Assembly: GCF_026571515.1 (NCBI RefSeq)
Contig: NW_026859905.1
Span: forward strand, 1 to 64,000
Origin: Ruditapes philippinarum
Taxonomy: Eukaryota
Direction of reading: 5' to 3'
Length of the DNA: 64,000 bases
Shown here: piece after piece, positions 51,369 through 64,000 of the stretch
Layout of the letters: each line of letters begins with the position of its first letter
How positions within the stretch are numbered: the stretch's first letter is position 1
Translations under genes and position numbers: made by a program
Notes under the pieces: generated by a model
Database searches by the model: none
Told to the model about the DNA's origin: nothing
What the model saw: only the letters and a program-made list of their open reading frames with translations

Positions 51369-54300
51369 ATGATGACGGTAAGTTAATACTTTATATCTAT
51401 TTTAGTTTTTTTGTATAATTATCGCATATGATTTAAAATGATTTATCAGACAGATTTTTTATAACTTCATTTATCAGCAGGTTTGACGATAATTTGTTGA
51501 TTCTATAACAAATATTTCAGATAAATTACTATAATTTTTAATTATTTAATTCATTTGATTTATATTATTGCTTAATGGAGAATTAATTTCTTCATTTGAA
51601 GTCAACTTTCTAATTTAATAAACTTTTGAAATACATATTTTCATAATTTTATTGTTTTCTTTTAGAATATGATTTTTTACTTCCATAATTCGGCGCTTTT
51701 TATACATGAACATTCATGACGGGCGTTATATTAAAGCTTATCAAAAATACTGATTTACAAAGTATCAAAAGAAAGTGTAACATAAGTTGAACTTTGTTTT
51801 GTACAATTTTATGACACACATAATTTTGATACCTTGTGTAAGACTTTGTATTATATATTGTCCAACTTTTATGTCTCACTTTTATTAAAACTTCTTAAAT
51901 CAGTAAGGTTTCAGACATATTCTATCTAAATAATATGCTGAATTCATTGATATAAATAAACTGCATCTCAAGGGAAGAGTAAATATAAAAGAACATTTTT
52001 TTAGAACTTTAATTTCTCAAGTTTTGTTTGAAACTATGAATGTAATACACATTCCAAACATCACCTTACAATTACATTTCATGTATAATTAAAAATGTAT
52101 ACAATGACAAGAAACAATACTATAAGATACATACATGTATATAAGAAAATTAATAAATATTAACAAACTTGGCTCACTACTTGTTACAAAGACCGTAGAT
52201 GGAGTTTTCGTTGCAAATATTTACATATAAACTTAATCTAAGGCGTCCAGAAAATGTTTTGACTAGATTCCATTCTTTTTTAAAATCTAAAAATATGTTT
52301 CTTTTGAAAGCTATACTTCTGTTTAAATTGTAATGAAATTGAAGAAAAAAAATGAATTTAGGTAAAATCACAGTAACATCTAAAAATAACACATTTTTTA
52401 TTAATAGCACTGCATTATATAATGGTATATTTTTTTGTACCTAGGATAGTTTTCCATTCATTTATTTATAATTGTACATAATTATTATTTTCTTTCTCAT
52501 ACTTTTTTTTACTTCATTCATAACCTTAATAGATGGGTTAACACATGACCAAAAGAGTTGTTCAATGCTTTTATTTTCTAAATTACAATATAAACAGAGT
52601 CTCTCAATTTTAGTTTGTAAGGTAATTTAGTGGTAATATTCTATGTAATATTCTAAAGTACTAGTATTTTTAGTGTTGTTAAAGGGCAAACTATAATAAG
52701 ATTTCCATTTGGTTTGTGCAACTGAAAATTTATGATGACTTGTTGGTTTTTTTTCAGTGTTATGTTTAAGTATTTTGTATATGGCACCGGTTCCTTGTTT
52801 GGTCTTATTTAATGACAGATAAATAAGAAGTTAGTTAAGAGGGGTTGTTTTTGCTTTCTATAAGATTTACAATAATTTTGAGTTTTTTTTATGTAATTTA
52901 TTGATTCTATATTTGATTGCTATATATTGTAGAATATTTATGCTCAAACCAAACAGACTTTGTAATTTATCTTAAGTCAAGATTATATAGATTATATTAT
53001 CTTTATCAAACAATGTCATTAATACATGTAACACTTTTTAAGTATCAAGATTTGTAATAAGAAAACATTCACACACACACTTTTATCACCAAATACTATA
53101 TTCTGGTTATAAAAAAATGGTTCATTTAGCCAATTTTCAAAAGCCATGTTCATCACCAATATAAAATATGAAACTTTTTTCAAGAATTGGTTGTTACAGG
53201 CTTTTGCCATTTTTTCAGCATAGTGTTCTTCACGAGTGAACAATTTAAATGATGATGATAAAGTAAATGTATTATAGTATGTATTTATGAATGAGCTAGA
53301 GTGTTCATTTCTGTTTTATCAATGAAAGATTAAAAGAAAAAAGTAATAACAAGAAACGACATAAAGATCAACTCTTATAAGAACATGTTGTAAATATTTT
53401 TGTAAATATACTCAAAATAATTAATCTAAAATTGCAATATTTCAAATCATTTTAATTCCATTATGACATTTAGCATAAACATCATTTTATGTATCTTTGA
53501 AAACAAGAAAAAATAGTTGAAGGAGACAAAATTTTGAATGTTCATTAACTCAAATTTATCTTCATGTGATCTGTCCACTTTATCACTATTTTTATCCAAT
53601 AGTTTTGCCGCAATTTTGCAAATTATCAATACCATTGCGATTGAATATCAAGAAAAAATATTCAGAAAAACCTGATGGATCTGTATTTTAATTAATAATT
53701 ATTATGAAAAAAAAATATTTTTTTCCTTACATTTTCACTGTAAATTATCCCTATATTGTGAATTATATAATGTGTTGTATAACAGATTTTAGGCTTCTTG
53801 AAAGCTAGTTGTCTTCTTCGTTCTAAGGTACTAAAGGGACAATAACACATTGTTTATTTGCTGACACAACTAGTGATTTTTATATAAAATAGCAAACTAT
53901 ATCTAAATTTGAAAATTAATAATAGAAATAATAAATAGATAGATTTAACCTAAAATATTGAGATCGCTAATTATCACAATTGATATATCAATTCATTTCA
54001 TTCTGGACTTAATCCATTTATTGATTTTACGCCGATTATCTTTTATTCCCCTTGTTTTATTTGCATTGTATCATGTTTTCTTTATTTATTCTAAATCATC
54101 ATACAGTATAATAGTTAATAAGGATTTCATGGTATTTTATTTTAAAAACTAGAAAGATTTTTTTACTAAAATTTAAGGTATTGTTTTATGTAATCTTGGG
54201 ATACGCCTTCAAATTTGAACTGTGGAAATATTTTCGATATTCTATAATTTTCTATAAAGAAGAAAACAACAACAACAATAATAATAACAACAATAATAAT

Positions 54301-56923
54301 AAGAACGACAATAATAATGATAATGTTATTATTATCAGTATCATTTTTATTTGAGATTTGTGGTTGGGTCTTGAGATACTTGTTACACATTATGTTAGTA
54401 TTTAAAGCGCTTAAGAATAAGCACAAAGTATATGTTATACATTCCAAACATTTACCATATGATATGAGAGAGCTTTTCATTGTTCGGTGTTCATAATGCC
54501 TGTATAAATGTTACTGTTCCCTTAATTAAAATATACTGAAGCTGCATTTGTCGCGCATTGACATACAGTAGTCCGATAGATAAATCTGTTTTAGATTAGG
54601 TCATTGCTCCTCTTAGTATGAATATAATTATGCAATATGGACCTTTGTTTTTAAAACATGCAAACATGTAATTTGAATATTATATTGCAGGCGGTGCCAG
54701 GCTGTTGGTATTCTAAGATAAATACATTCTTCCTGCTTACCTTGTTCTATGTCATGCAGAACCCCACTCGTGCCATATCAGTGTCGAGATATTACCTGTT
54801 GTCACGTGACAGGGCTATATTACAACACAATCAACAAATTGTGTCAAGAAAGTAAGAAAAGCTTTTGTTTAAGTATATTTTTTATACTTGATTTTGGAGC
54901 TATGTTCCTGTTTGCTTCCTATGCAAACATGTAATAGTGTCAGGTGATGAAATAAAAATGAGCAGATTTTAGACGTAGATTGCATAAAACAATTGCTTTA
55001 TTTATCTCAAAATGTGACAACTGAAACAAATTTATTCTCAGTGCAAGCTTGCAGTTAGAAAAAAACATCCCAGTAATCATGCTACATATATGTACATGTA
55101 TATTCTATACATATGCATAATAATTCCAGAGGACATATACATTATCATAGAAATATAGGGAAAAGAACGCAGAAACATTTAAAATGTTGGTTATAGAGGA
55201 TGTTATATTATTTAATTAAAGGAGTTCCTGCAACACCAAACTGGTAGATAACGATACTGGCAACGTTTCTTAAATATCTCAATAAAAAATATGAAATTAA
55301 TGATAAAAATAATTGTACATGCATCTTATCTTGACTTGTTTAAGTATAACATTTTCTAAATATCATACACTTGTCGTATATTGTTTCAGAGCACGAATGA
55401 TCGGCGATATCTCATATGAAAACAGTGAACTGTTAATGCCATTCTCGGAAATAGACAAACATTTTGTTGAACAAGATTTTATAATGTCGCACAGACATAG
55501 CTGCCCATCTCTTTCTGATTTTAACACAACAACAATTAAAGTGTGTCCCTCATATAGGGTTCTAGATGTTGATGTTAATAGAGAACCAGTCGCTCTTTAT
55601 CAGGTAATTTGGCTATTTTGTTACCTAGCATATACAATATTCTTCTTAGTCATATTTGGCATATTGACAGTGCAGGTAGACCCGTATAACAAGAAGAATT
55701 TCTCCGCAAAGATCAGAAATGAAAATATGGTCCGCTCAAATATAATATCGTAAGACATGTAATATTATATAGGTCATGAGTATACATACATTATATCCCC
55801 ACGTTTCGCTGGCAAACCAATATATTTTTCTTTCTTTAGAAAGAACAAACATGAGTTCGTTAACATTTATGTAATGGTTTTATAGTATGTCAGAAGGATA
55901 TCACCTAATGAAGAAGCACTGATGGGAAATTATTTGTCATAAAAGCAGCAGAATGTAAACAAAGTAGTATTTTGACTTTCATATAAAATAAAAACTCACT
56001 ATAACTTAACTCGTTGCCAAAAAAAGCAACAGAAGCAAACTATATGGTTCAGGCAATTAGCCAAAGAATAATTCTTTGGCAACTATAACAGGATACCAGA
56101 AAAACACTATTGATAAGTAAAAATAAAAGCATTCTGGGACATGATGTGCCTTAAATCAAATAAATGTATAACTGATGCAAGAACTCGATAATTATGTCGG
56201 CTTTACAGATTAGTCCTGGCAAAACAGTACATCAATAATAAAAAAATAGCTGAGTAATGAAAAACGTATAGAGCTATTACGAGTATTATTATCAGCATTA
56301 AATAACAATGATATGTTTCGACATTAAGGTTCTGTGTAGATGTTTACATTGCCTAGCACCATGGGTTCACTACCATACACCTAGACGATGCACACCTTTG
56401 TTCTATTTTCTTCAAGTACGGCGTGTCATTGGAAGGACAAGCTCTGGGAACATTTTATATGCACAGGTACTTGCTTCTCACATTAGAACCATATGTCAAC
56501 TGTTTATAGTGTAAACATCTGTGTTTTACAAGGTTATAAAAAAGTTGTGCCTGATGTATAATACAAAACATTTAAAACTGAGCGTAGGATTTAATCAGTT
56601 CAGATGTCCTGTAAATAACACGTGTGAGTAGGAGGCGTTAACCTTTCACAGATTTATCATTACATTACATTACAAATGATTATTATTTTGAAATTAAATA
56701 GTCCAGGGGAAATTGGTTTTAAGATAGATGCAGTAAAACTATCATATTATGAGCAATATCAACTCATATAGTTCCTTTATCTATAAGTGATCTTTGAATT
56801 GATCAGTCTTTCAAATTTTCACAATATTTGTAATTTTATTTGCAGGTATGGGAACCGGTTTCTTACGCATGCGCATGTACCAGTAGAATACATGGACGAA
56901 CACGTTATGTTTCTCCACCTTAA
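51369..56923 (+). CDS. IL17: Interleukin-17-like cytokine (~199 aa)
   Basis: Exons 51369-51377 (MMT; best candidate start), 54691-54851 (signal-like FFLLTLFYVM), 55390-55603 (CPS...KVCPSYRVLDVDVNREPVALYQ), 56329-56466 (VLCRCLHCL...RRCTPLFYFLQVRR), 56846-56923 (VWEPVSYACACTSR...*). Phases are consistent, and the CP/CxCxxC/C/CxC pattern is that of invertebrate IL-17. Confidence 0.88.
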
Positions 56924-57259
56924 TATTTTCTGTTTAATTATGTTACTCGTTATGTTTCTCCACCTTAATATTTTCTGTTTAATTATGTTACTCGTTATGT
57001 TTCTCCACCTTAATATTTTTTCTTTCATTATGGTACTCCTTATGGTTCTCCACCTTAATATTTTCTGTTTAATTATGTTACTCGTTATGTTTCTCCACCT
57101 TAATATTTTCTCTTTAATTATGTTACTCGTTATAATTCTCCACCTTAATATTTTCTATTTCATTATGTTACTCGTTATGTTTCTCCACCTTAATATTTTC
57201 TGTTTCATTATGTTACTCGTTATGTTTCTCCACCTTAATATTTTCTCTTTAATTATGTT
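56903..57259. repeat. 45-bp tandem repeat, ~8 copies, starting inside the IL-17 CDS
   Basis: Unit CGTTATGTTTCTCCACCTTAATATTTTCTGTTTAATTATGTTACT starts at 56903, 56948, 56993 ... 57218. Confidence 0.95.
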
Positions 57260-57304
57260 TGCTTTCCCAGTGTGATTTTAATGAAGTAATGTAAAAATGT
57301 AACC

Positions 57305-57316
57305 TTATTTATTTAT
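57305..57316 (+). promoter_or_regulatory. AU-rich element candidate in the IL-17 3' UTR
   Basis: TTATTTATTTAT contains the UUAUUUAUU nonamer typical of cytokine mRNAs. The AT-rich background lowers its significance. Confidence 0.35.
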
Positions 57317-60300
57317 GCAAGGATCAATTGTTATATCTCAAATGTACAATTCTTGAACTTTGCTCTTGGTTAAACTAATGTCTTTTGAACAATACATATG
57401 TACATGCATAAAAGTGGAGAGGTGTGTCAACAGAACAAAACAAAAAATATGCTTCATTCATTTAGGAATTTAGCCAAAATGACCAAAATTCTTTACCCAC
57501 ATATCAACATTGTGTATATAAGGTAAAAAATACAATGTTCAGATAGTTATAACAATAAAATTATTTATTTTATGCTTACCAATGAGACACCGGGTTTTAT
57601 CCTTATGAAGAAATCCATATCACCCGCGGTAAAACACCCAAATATTATTAGATTATTACACATTTTTGAGTACCATAATGAATTACAAATTTAGATTTTC
57701 AGTCCAGTGAAATCAGTATGATAACCAACAATATATTATGAACAATTCACGCCACCAATTCTTAAACAGAAAACACTCTGAATTAAAAAAAAATCTCAGA
57801 CAAGATTGTCTTTGTATTAGAATTAGAGTACGAATATCTGCACTCTAGAAATTATTGGCAAAATAAAATAAAACATTTTTGTTTATCCTCAAGCCTAAAG
57901 TTACTAAGAGTTTTTTTATACTTGACTTAAATATTATCCGCATGCGGTTAGTAATGACTAAAGTTTTAACGCTTTTCACTATACATATTAATATTTATAA
58001 ATGTTCTTATTTTCTAAAAATATACGTTCCTGTGATAGTTTTGTTTTGTATCCACATATACCCAGTACATGTAGAATTCAATATTATTCTGATATTCCAT
58101 TTGTATTTAGAAGACCTTCATTTTGTCCATAAACTGCTTTTTATTAATTAATATATACTTCGGATTGCTGCATTGACGTGCCAATTAATAAGTTATTTCA
58201 CATTATTTTATTGAATTGTTATATAGATGTGCCCAGAAATTGTTTATTTATGTTTTATCATTATATCTTTATCAGTCAACATTTACAAGCTATTTATCAC
58301 ATTGTTACAGATATAAAAATCTATTTATTTATTGTTTACAAAAAAATGTTAAATGTTAACATGTTTATCATATATAGTTAGCGAAAATAAATTTGTTAAT
58401 TTATTTCCATGTAGTTTATCCTTTTCATCGCATTTAAACGCAAAACCGCCGATGTGGTTAATATTCCCGCTAAAAATTATATCACACGAAGAAATTATAT
58501 AAATAGTTCACTAACAATATAGAACATCTAGTTCTACTGGAGGCTTACTGCTTAGTCTTTCTTCGCAACAGTACCAGTATGCTTCACAAAGGAGATTAAT
58601 TTATTAACTTGCTGTTTAGGTCAAACAATTTTAGATAGTACCCCACACTCAATTGAAAGTTCCTGCCGTCAATATCTAGAAGCCATTAATCACACACTTC
58701 ACAAACCTGGAAAAAGAAAACATATTTTGTTGAGAACATGTCATAACATTGCAATCTATAATGAAATTATCCCATTTTCATTACTCAGGCAGTTAAAAAA
58801 ATTCGATTCATTCCGTAGAAAACCAGAATTGTATGCCCCCTCCCCCAACTCTCCCTTGAATGTAAAAAATGGCTTCATGCACATTTACAAAATTTACAAT
58901 AAACAGCATGTGATTTCTGACCATGTTTTTTAATCTTTTATAGTTCATATGCACAAAAAGCCACAAAAACAACTTTAATCCTGAAAATGATGTAGAAGTA
59001 CTTTAAAGAATAGACACCATACCGAGAACTCTTCCCTGCCATTCTAAACTGTGGCTTGCATTCATTGATCGCCGCCCTTCCTTGATGATCTCGTTTTCAT
59101 ATTTTATGCTCACAACCGTGTTGTTTGTGCCGTGAGGCGGTTGTAAAAAGTATCCCCGTACATGCAATCAATGTTGTTATATTTTCATCCTCAAAGGATT
59201 GTTCGGCGTTAACGGCCGGTGTCACCTCACTCATCCGTGCCCAGTCTGCATAGTCCTGCTGGGCTCCTTGCCGGTTGTCCTGTTTGCTGATTTTTTTGTT
59301 GTTGTTGTTGTTTTTTTTTTGTTTTTTTGGAGGGGGGGGGGGTGCGTTCATTGAACGCCGCCCTTCCTTGAAAATTTTGTTGTCATATTTTAGTAAGTGT
59401 CGTGTGCTACCAAAACGTTCACGGAGTATTTCATTCATCCTAAAGCAAGTTCATCCCAGTCCATGTAGTGGCAAGTTAGACAAACCGACATCTCTTAAAA
59501 AATCGAAAGAAAATATGTAAGTAAATGCCGCCACCCCCCTCTATTAATAAAAAAAATGAAATGCTGAAAATTGCTTACTTTTAAATTCACCGGTGTTTCA
59601 TTAACTGTTCTTTTTAAAATGCAATTGAAGTTATTTTGTAGCAACAATGTCATCTTCCTTCGTGTTTGCAAATGTTAAAGACGTGACATATGGTAAGCAA
59701 AGTACTTACTCTGCATTCATTAATAATACTCATGTCCTCAGTAACAATCACTCTAACAGTACTTTCAGTGCTTTGATTAAAAACACATTATGCCTAAGAA
59801 ATTTATATTTCCTAAGATTTATCTTTAGAAATGTCAAACATAAGTTTGAAAATGTTTAAATGATAAATTTAGAGCATGTGAGATGTTTAACAATTGAAAA
59901 TGTAGCGCTAACATACAGTAATGTGTCGTAAAGGTAGCAAAACGTAAACAAAGATACATTTGACTTCCATTCAAAATACCAATTCACTATAACAACAGAG
60001 CAAACATAGCAAAAGATGGTTCATGTACATGGAAAATGTGTAAGTTTTGGAAAACTATAACAAGATATCAAAAGAAAAATTTGAGAAATAGTATTGGCCT
60101 TTTATATATGTGAAGCGTCTATCAAGGGTCCTATATCAGTGATACCATAGTATTTTTCCTCGAAGATGAGTGGTATTAATACAATTTGTTGTAAAAATTT
60201 AATTTAATTAAGTCAATGTTAAGAAACATTAGTTACTTCGAAAATTGTTGTACATAGTCATAGAAATTCATACATTAATTTGTTTATGAAAACCTTTCGT

Positions 60301-60955
60301 GCGTGAGACGTGACATATACCAATATTTGTATATTGAAGAAAAACATATGAGTACATCCAATGAAGATTCATTGGAGACTTGCATCAAACACTGGAACAT
60401 ATCTGAGTGATTCAATTGGTAAAATAAAGCTATTTGCATAAATTATCTGTTCAAGTTTACTGTAAAGATGTAAACATTTGCGGTGTTTTTATCACTTTTC
60501 CCTCTCCATGTATTTAAAACCACACCAGGGGATCCGTAGATTGCATTTTAAACAAATATATAGAATTACACTTAATAATTTTAATTGGTTTAGATTATCA
60601 ATTATGCATACATCCTAATTATAGATCCATCAGCTTAGCTTCCGAAGAAAAGCATATAAAACATGTAACAAATGGTCAACAGATTTGTATTTCAATATCT
60701 TCTGTAAGAGATGTTTGCCTAGTTTAGAAAACAAAATTCGTGGTGAAGATAATCATAAGCCTGAAATCAAATTTAGTAAAAGAAAGATCTAGAGACTTCT
60801 AGAGAACGAAAACGGTTATTTAAAGGTTTGTTCTCTTCAATACATTTATCTCGCTAGATTTATGTTTTGATTTATTAAAAGTAAAGGTAAATGTTTAACT
60901 ATAGATGTGCTTTAGGTCTTAATAATTTACGTTTTTCTCCTTTACTTTTTCAGAG

Positions 60956-61597
60956 ATGAAGATGTTTGTCAGCAGAATAGTTGTGTCTGTCTTATCATGG
61001 ACTTTAATACTCGCGATCACACATAAATCTAAAAGTTTACGTGACCAGAAATCGTCGCCACAAGTCCAGGTTGAAAAATCGAATCACACAAGAATAAACA
61101 CAATCCTTGCATTGATCAAGTCTAAATTTAATCCTTCTTTAAACAGAACACAATTTCAAAAGTCACAAGATGACATGGCTATTTTAGGTGAAACAAATAC
61201 TCCATCTAAATTATTAAAAACAGACAAACAACATGCTTCTACCTACCATTGGAATCAAAATAAAACATCACCAGAAACAGCCACTAATGTTTCAACTGTT
61301 GGTGGTATTATCGATACACACATGGAAGAAATGAATATTTCGGACGTTTTGAAGAATATTTCAAAGAGATCAACCGTGCAGACGATATGTTTTTTGAGTG
61401 AACGCTCCACGTGTCCTTGGTATTATGACGATAACGGTGACGCACATTGTAACCACACTATTCCTATTGGTTGTGACCCAAATCACTGTCTATTAAGATG
61501 TCATCTCCTGTATGATAGTAACCGTTCGATCGCCTGTATTTCTACAGCGCCATGCATTATACAAGCAGTAGGACAAGCGACGGCACCATGCCGTTGA
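60956..61597 (+). CDS. Secreted 213-aa protein: signal peptide, long pro-like region, KR site and a compact 9-Cys domain with an IL-17-like RSTCPWYY motif
   Basis: Single coding exon just after a TTTTCAG acceptor. MKMFVSRIVVSVLSWTLILA...NISKR|STVQTICFLSERSTCPWYYDDNGDAHC...C...C...C...SIACISTAPC...C. TATA-like element at ~60654 and AATAAA at ~61770. Confidence 0.7.
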   Translation: MKMFVSRIVVSVLSWTLILAITHKSKSLRDQKSSPQVQVEKSNHTRINTILALIKSKFNPSLNRTQFQKSQDDMAILGETNTPSKLLKTDKQHASTYHWNQNKTSPETATNVSTVGGIIDTHMEEMNISDVLKNISKRSTVQTICFLSERSTCPWYYDDNGDAHCNHTIPIGCDPNHCLLRCHLLYDSNRSIACISTAPCIIQAVGQATAPCR

Positions 61598-63275
61598 GAA
61601 TATTCAGTTAAACTTAAACAGTGTGATCAATTTCACCGGATAGGCCTAATCATTCCATGACTTGTTCGTGTCAATTTGATGTCTACTGTAAAACAAAAAT
61701 TGTATGTTGACTAAAGGAATCGTTGTTCATATCGTCCTCAATTGTTTAAATGTTGAAAAGGAAATACTCAATAAAATAAATATATTTGATAGATGCTAGT
61801 ATTTTCATTTCTTATTAATATCCTTACTTTTTCTATCCGTACTTTTAATTCTACAATTAACGTGAACTATTTCAGTTCTACAGTAGTCCTACATGAACTA
61901 AAATTTGCTATAATATATGATTAAACATATGTATTTTTAAATAGAAAAATAGTTGCTGGTTATAATATAATTATTATTATAACATAATTCAAAAGATGAA
62001 GTATCACTTTGAAAAGTCAAGTAGTTTGGGTGATCGTGTTTGTATATTAGAATTTGACAGCGGGAAACACAATAAATCTTCTGTCGGTATTATTGAGTCT
62101 TATTTGAATTTTATTTTCTGAATTTTTAATTTGATAAATTAGGTTGATTCATTATTGTCTAAAACAAAAATAATTTCTAGACATGATACACTACTAGTAT
62201 TCTTTATTTTTATGGAATTTTTTTTTATCCGAGTGAGTTTGTAATTTTCATATGCAGCAGTGTTATTCATTTTCTCAGGAATATTTCCATTTTTTTCCGA
62301 ATAATGAAATCAATATACAAATATGTTCGTACAGCTAACTAGAATATATTTAAATACTTGTTTTTGAAGTAACCAAAGTAATCCTAATTTTGATATCCGA
62401 ATATGCATAATGTTTTTATTTGTTGAGGTTTATATGGAGAGTTAATTGGTACTCTTATGCTAGGAAGCATTTTCAAACTTATCAATATAATTATTACTGC
62501 CATTGTTTTGTTATATACAACAAAAAAGAAAAGAAATAATACACTGGGAAAAGAAAGAAAACCTTTTTACTTGACCTTTGTCGTGACCTTTTAATAATAT
62601 TTAATAATCCAAGACATTGGAAAGAAAACACATAAACACATATATCTCTTTAGATATTAATTCATTTCAATCTATTTTTACTTAACATGATTACTATTAA
62701 TCAATCACAAATATAATCCAACTATTTAATTTAACAAACATTAATATTCATCTATCAATCTTTGATTGTTTACAAATCAGTCTTAACTTATTCCTTTTAT
62801 TCACGTCCTTACAACATATAAAATTTCCCAATCTGTAGCAAGAATTTCCCGCCTTAACAATTAAGCATGAAAAGAAAAGTATGTAAAACATGAATAAATA
62901 CCCCGTGCACAATAATTCACCGTCGGGGAACTAATACAATAAATTTATATCAATGCACGTGAATGGCATAGTAGTTGCTGATAAAACTAGTGGAAAATGT
63001 TACTACGACATCACCGTCGGATAACTTTAAATAAAACTTTAAAGGCCCAATTTAATATCATATAACTTATTATGGAAATGATCTTTTATAATTAATAAAA
63101 TGATGTAAATATATATTTATTTCGCAATGTCTGCGACGAGTGTATAAGTCATATGAACATATAAACAGAATAAAAGCAGAAATAAATAAGATAAAGCAAC
63201 TACACTTTTATTATCTGGTATTGTCAGTAGTGTCCCAGTCTGAGCACTAATTTAATTAAAAGGAAAGTATCTGAC

Positions 63276-63881
63276 TTACTCCGAACAGTCAGCACCAAGT
63301 AAATCACGTGCTATCAATTTCTTCTTGTCTAGAAGAACTCTTCTATGGTCGTACCTATCGTAGCTGAAAAAAAATGCGTTTATCATTCATTGATAAAGTC
63401 ATTGATTTTAATTAAGTGTTCACATTTCAATGTCTTTTTGCGGTACAATACCCTAAGATGTCGTTTCGCTGTCAAATCCAGCAAAATACACATATACTTG
63501 TATATATAACTGCAGTATCTACACGAGCATTTTTATGGAAAGGTTCGCGTGCTCTTCCTCAATATAAGAATAAATTGAAACAAGACAAAATATACAGGGG
63601 ACATGCGCAACTAGATAAATTTAAAATACGCCAAACATTGAACCATCAACAGGATATAAAACTGCCAATACATTGTATCTCGAATTACGCATAAAACGAA
63701 ATGAAATATGAACATATTTATTGTGTTCTCACTACTTTCCCTTGAATATGTAGATTGATCCTTCCCTCGTTTGCAACATTGCGTCAGGTTTGGATGGAAC
63801 ATGAGGCCAATATATCTTTGTCTTCATAACTCCATTGGTTATCCCGTCACTATATAGGTTCATCTCCCAGAAATACTTTCC
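63276..63881 (-). CDS. 3' exons of a hemopexin-repeat protein, most likely a matrix metalloproteinase; the rest lies beyond the right edge
   Basis: Exon 63733-63881 (GKYFWEMNLYSDGITNGVMKTKIYWPHVPSKPDAMLQTREGSIYIFKGK) splices in phase 2 to 63276-63363 (YYDRYDHRRVLLDKKKLIARDLLGADCSE*). The W..P..DA...YxFKG repeats and the terminal I.RD.LG.C are hallmarks of MMP hemopexin domains. Not in the supplied ORF track. Confidence 0.75.
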
Positions 63882-63973
63882 CTTTCAAAGAAAATATAAC
63901 ATAACCGAATTAGCTGTTTATTGAATTGTTATCAATATTTCATATTTTCACAATATTTTTTTTATATTTGCAG

Positions 63974-64000
63974 GTATGGGAACCGGTTTCGTACGCATGC
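63974..64000 (+). other. Duplicate of the IL-17 last exon (VWEPVSYAC...), truncated by the window edge
   Basis: GTATGGGAACCGGTTTCGTACGCATGC vs 56846 GTATGGGAACCGGTTTCTTACGCATGC (one synonymous change). About 50 nt of upstream intron is also similar. Confidence 0.75.

Noticed and set aside
56787-57275. 162-aa hydrophobic ORF (VMFLHLNIFCLIMLL repeats)
   Set aside because: Off-frame translation of the 45-bp repeat. The spliced IL-17 frame stops at 56923.
59709-59793. Minus-strand segment with good acceptor and GTAAGT donor as a continuation of the MMP-like gene
   Set aside because: Stops in all three frames as assembled. At most a non-coding or terminal exon, and unsupported.

Overview
AT-rich, intron-rich animal DNA. 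The repeat families and the IL-17 genes suggest a bivalve mollusc, possibly a venerid clam (inference). Genes assembled by hand from GT-AG exons: (1) the 5' ten coding exons of THOC5 (minus, 1657-15242; runs off the left edge; one 1-bp frameshift in a T-run); (2) an AADAC/NCEH1-type HSL-family esterase (plus, ~18751-22899); (3) a small secreted Asn-rich protein with NNWNG-type repeats and two candidate alternative last exons (plus, 26216-29120); (4) a divergent IL-17-like cystine-knot protein with a long low-complexity tail (minus, 29962-30849); (5) a CHST11-like carbohydrate sulfotransferase (plus, 39564-42047); (6) a canonical molluscan-type IL-17 (plus, 51369-56923); (7) a second divergent, shortened IL-17-like protein (plus, 60956-61597); (8) the 3' exons of a hemopexin-domain (MMP-like) gene (minus, 63276-63881). 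A duplicate of the IL-17 last exon sits at the right edge. Mobile DNA is abundant. The most unusual element is a 4.6-kb degenerate pogo-type (DD35D) transposon (46092-50720) with a PHD finger on its transposase and a downstream, splice-acceptor-led HIRAN-like exon. Also present are several MITEs with clear TIRs/TSDs, a mariner relic, a LINE RT relic, 164-bp, 29-bp and 45-bp tandem arrays, and a 153-N gap. All homology calls come from motif recognition, not database searches.
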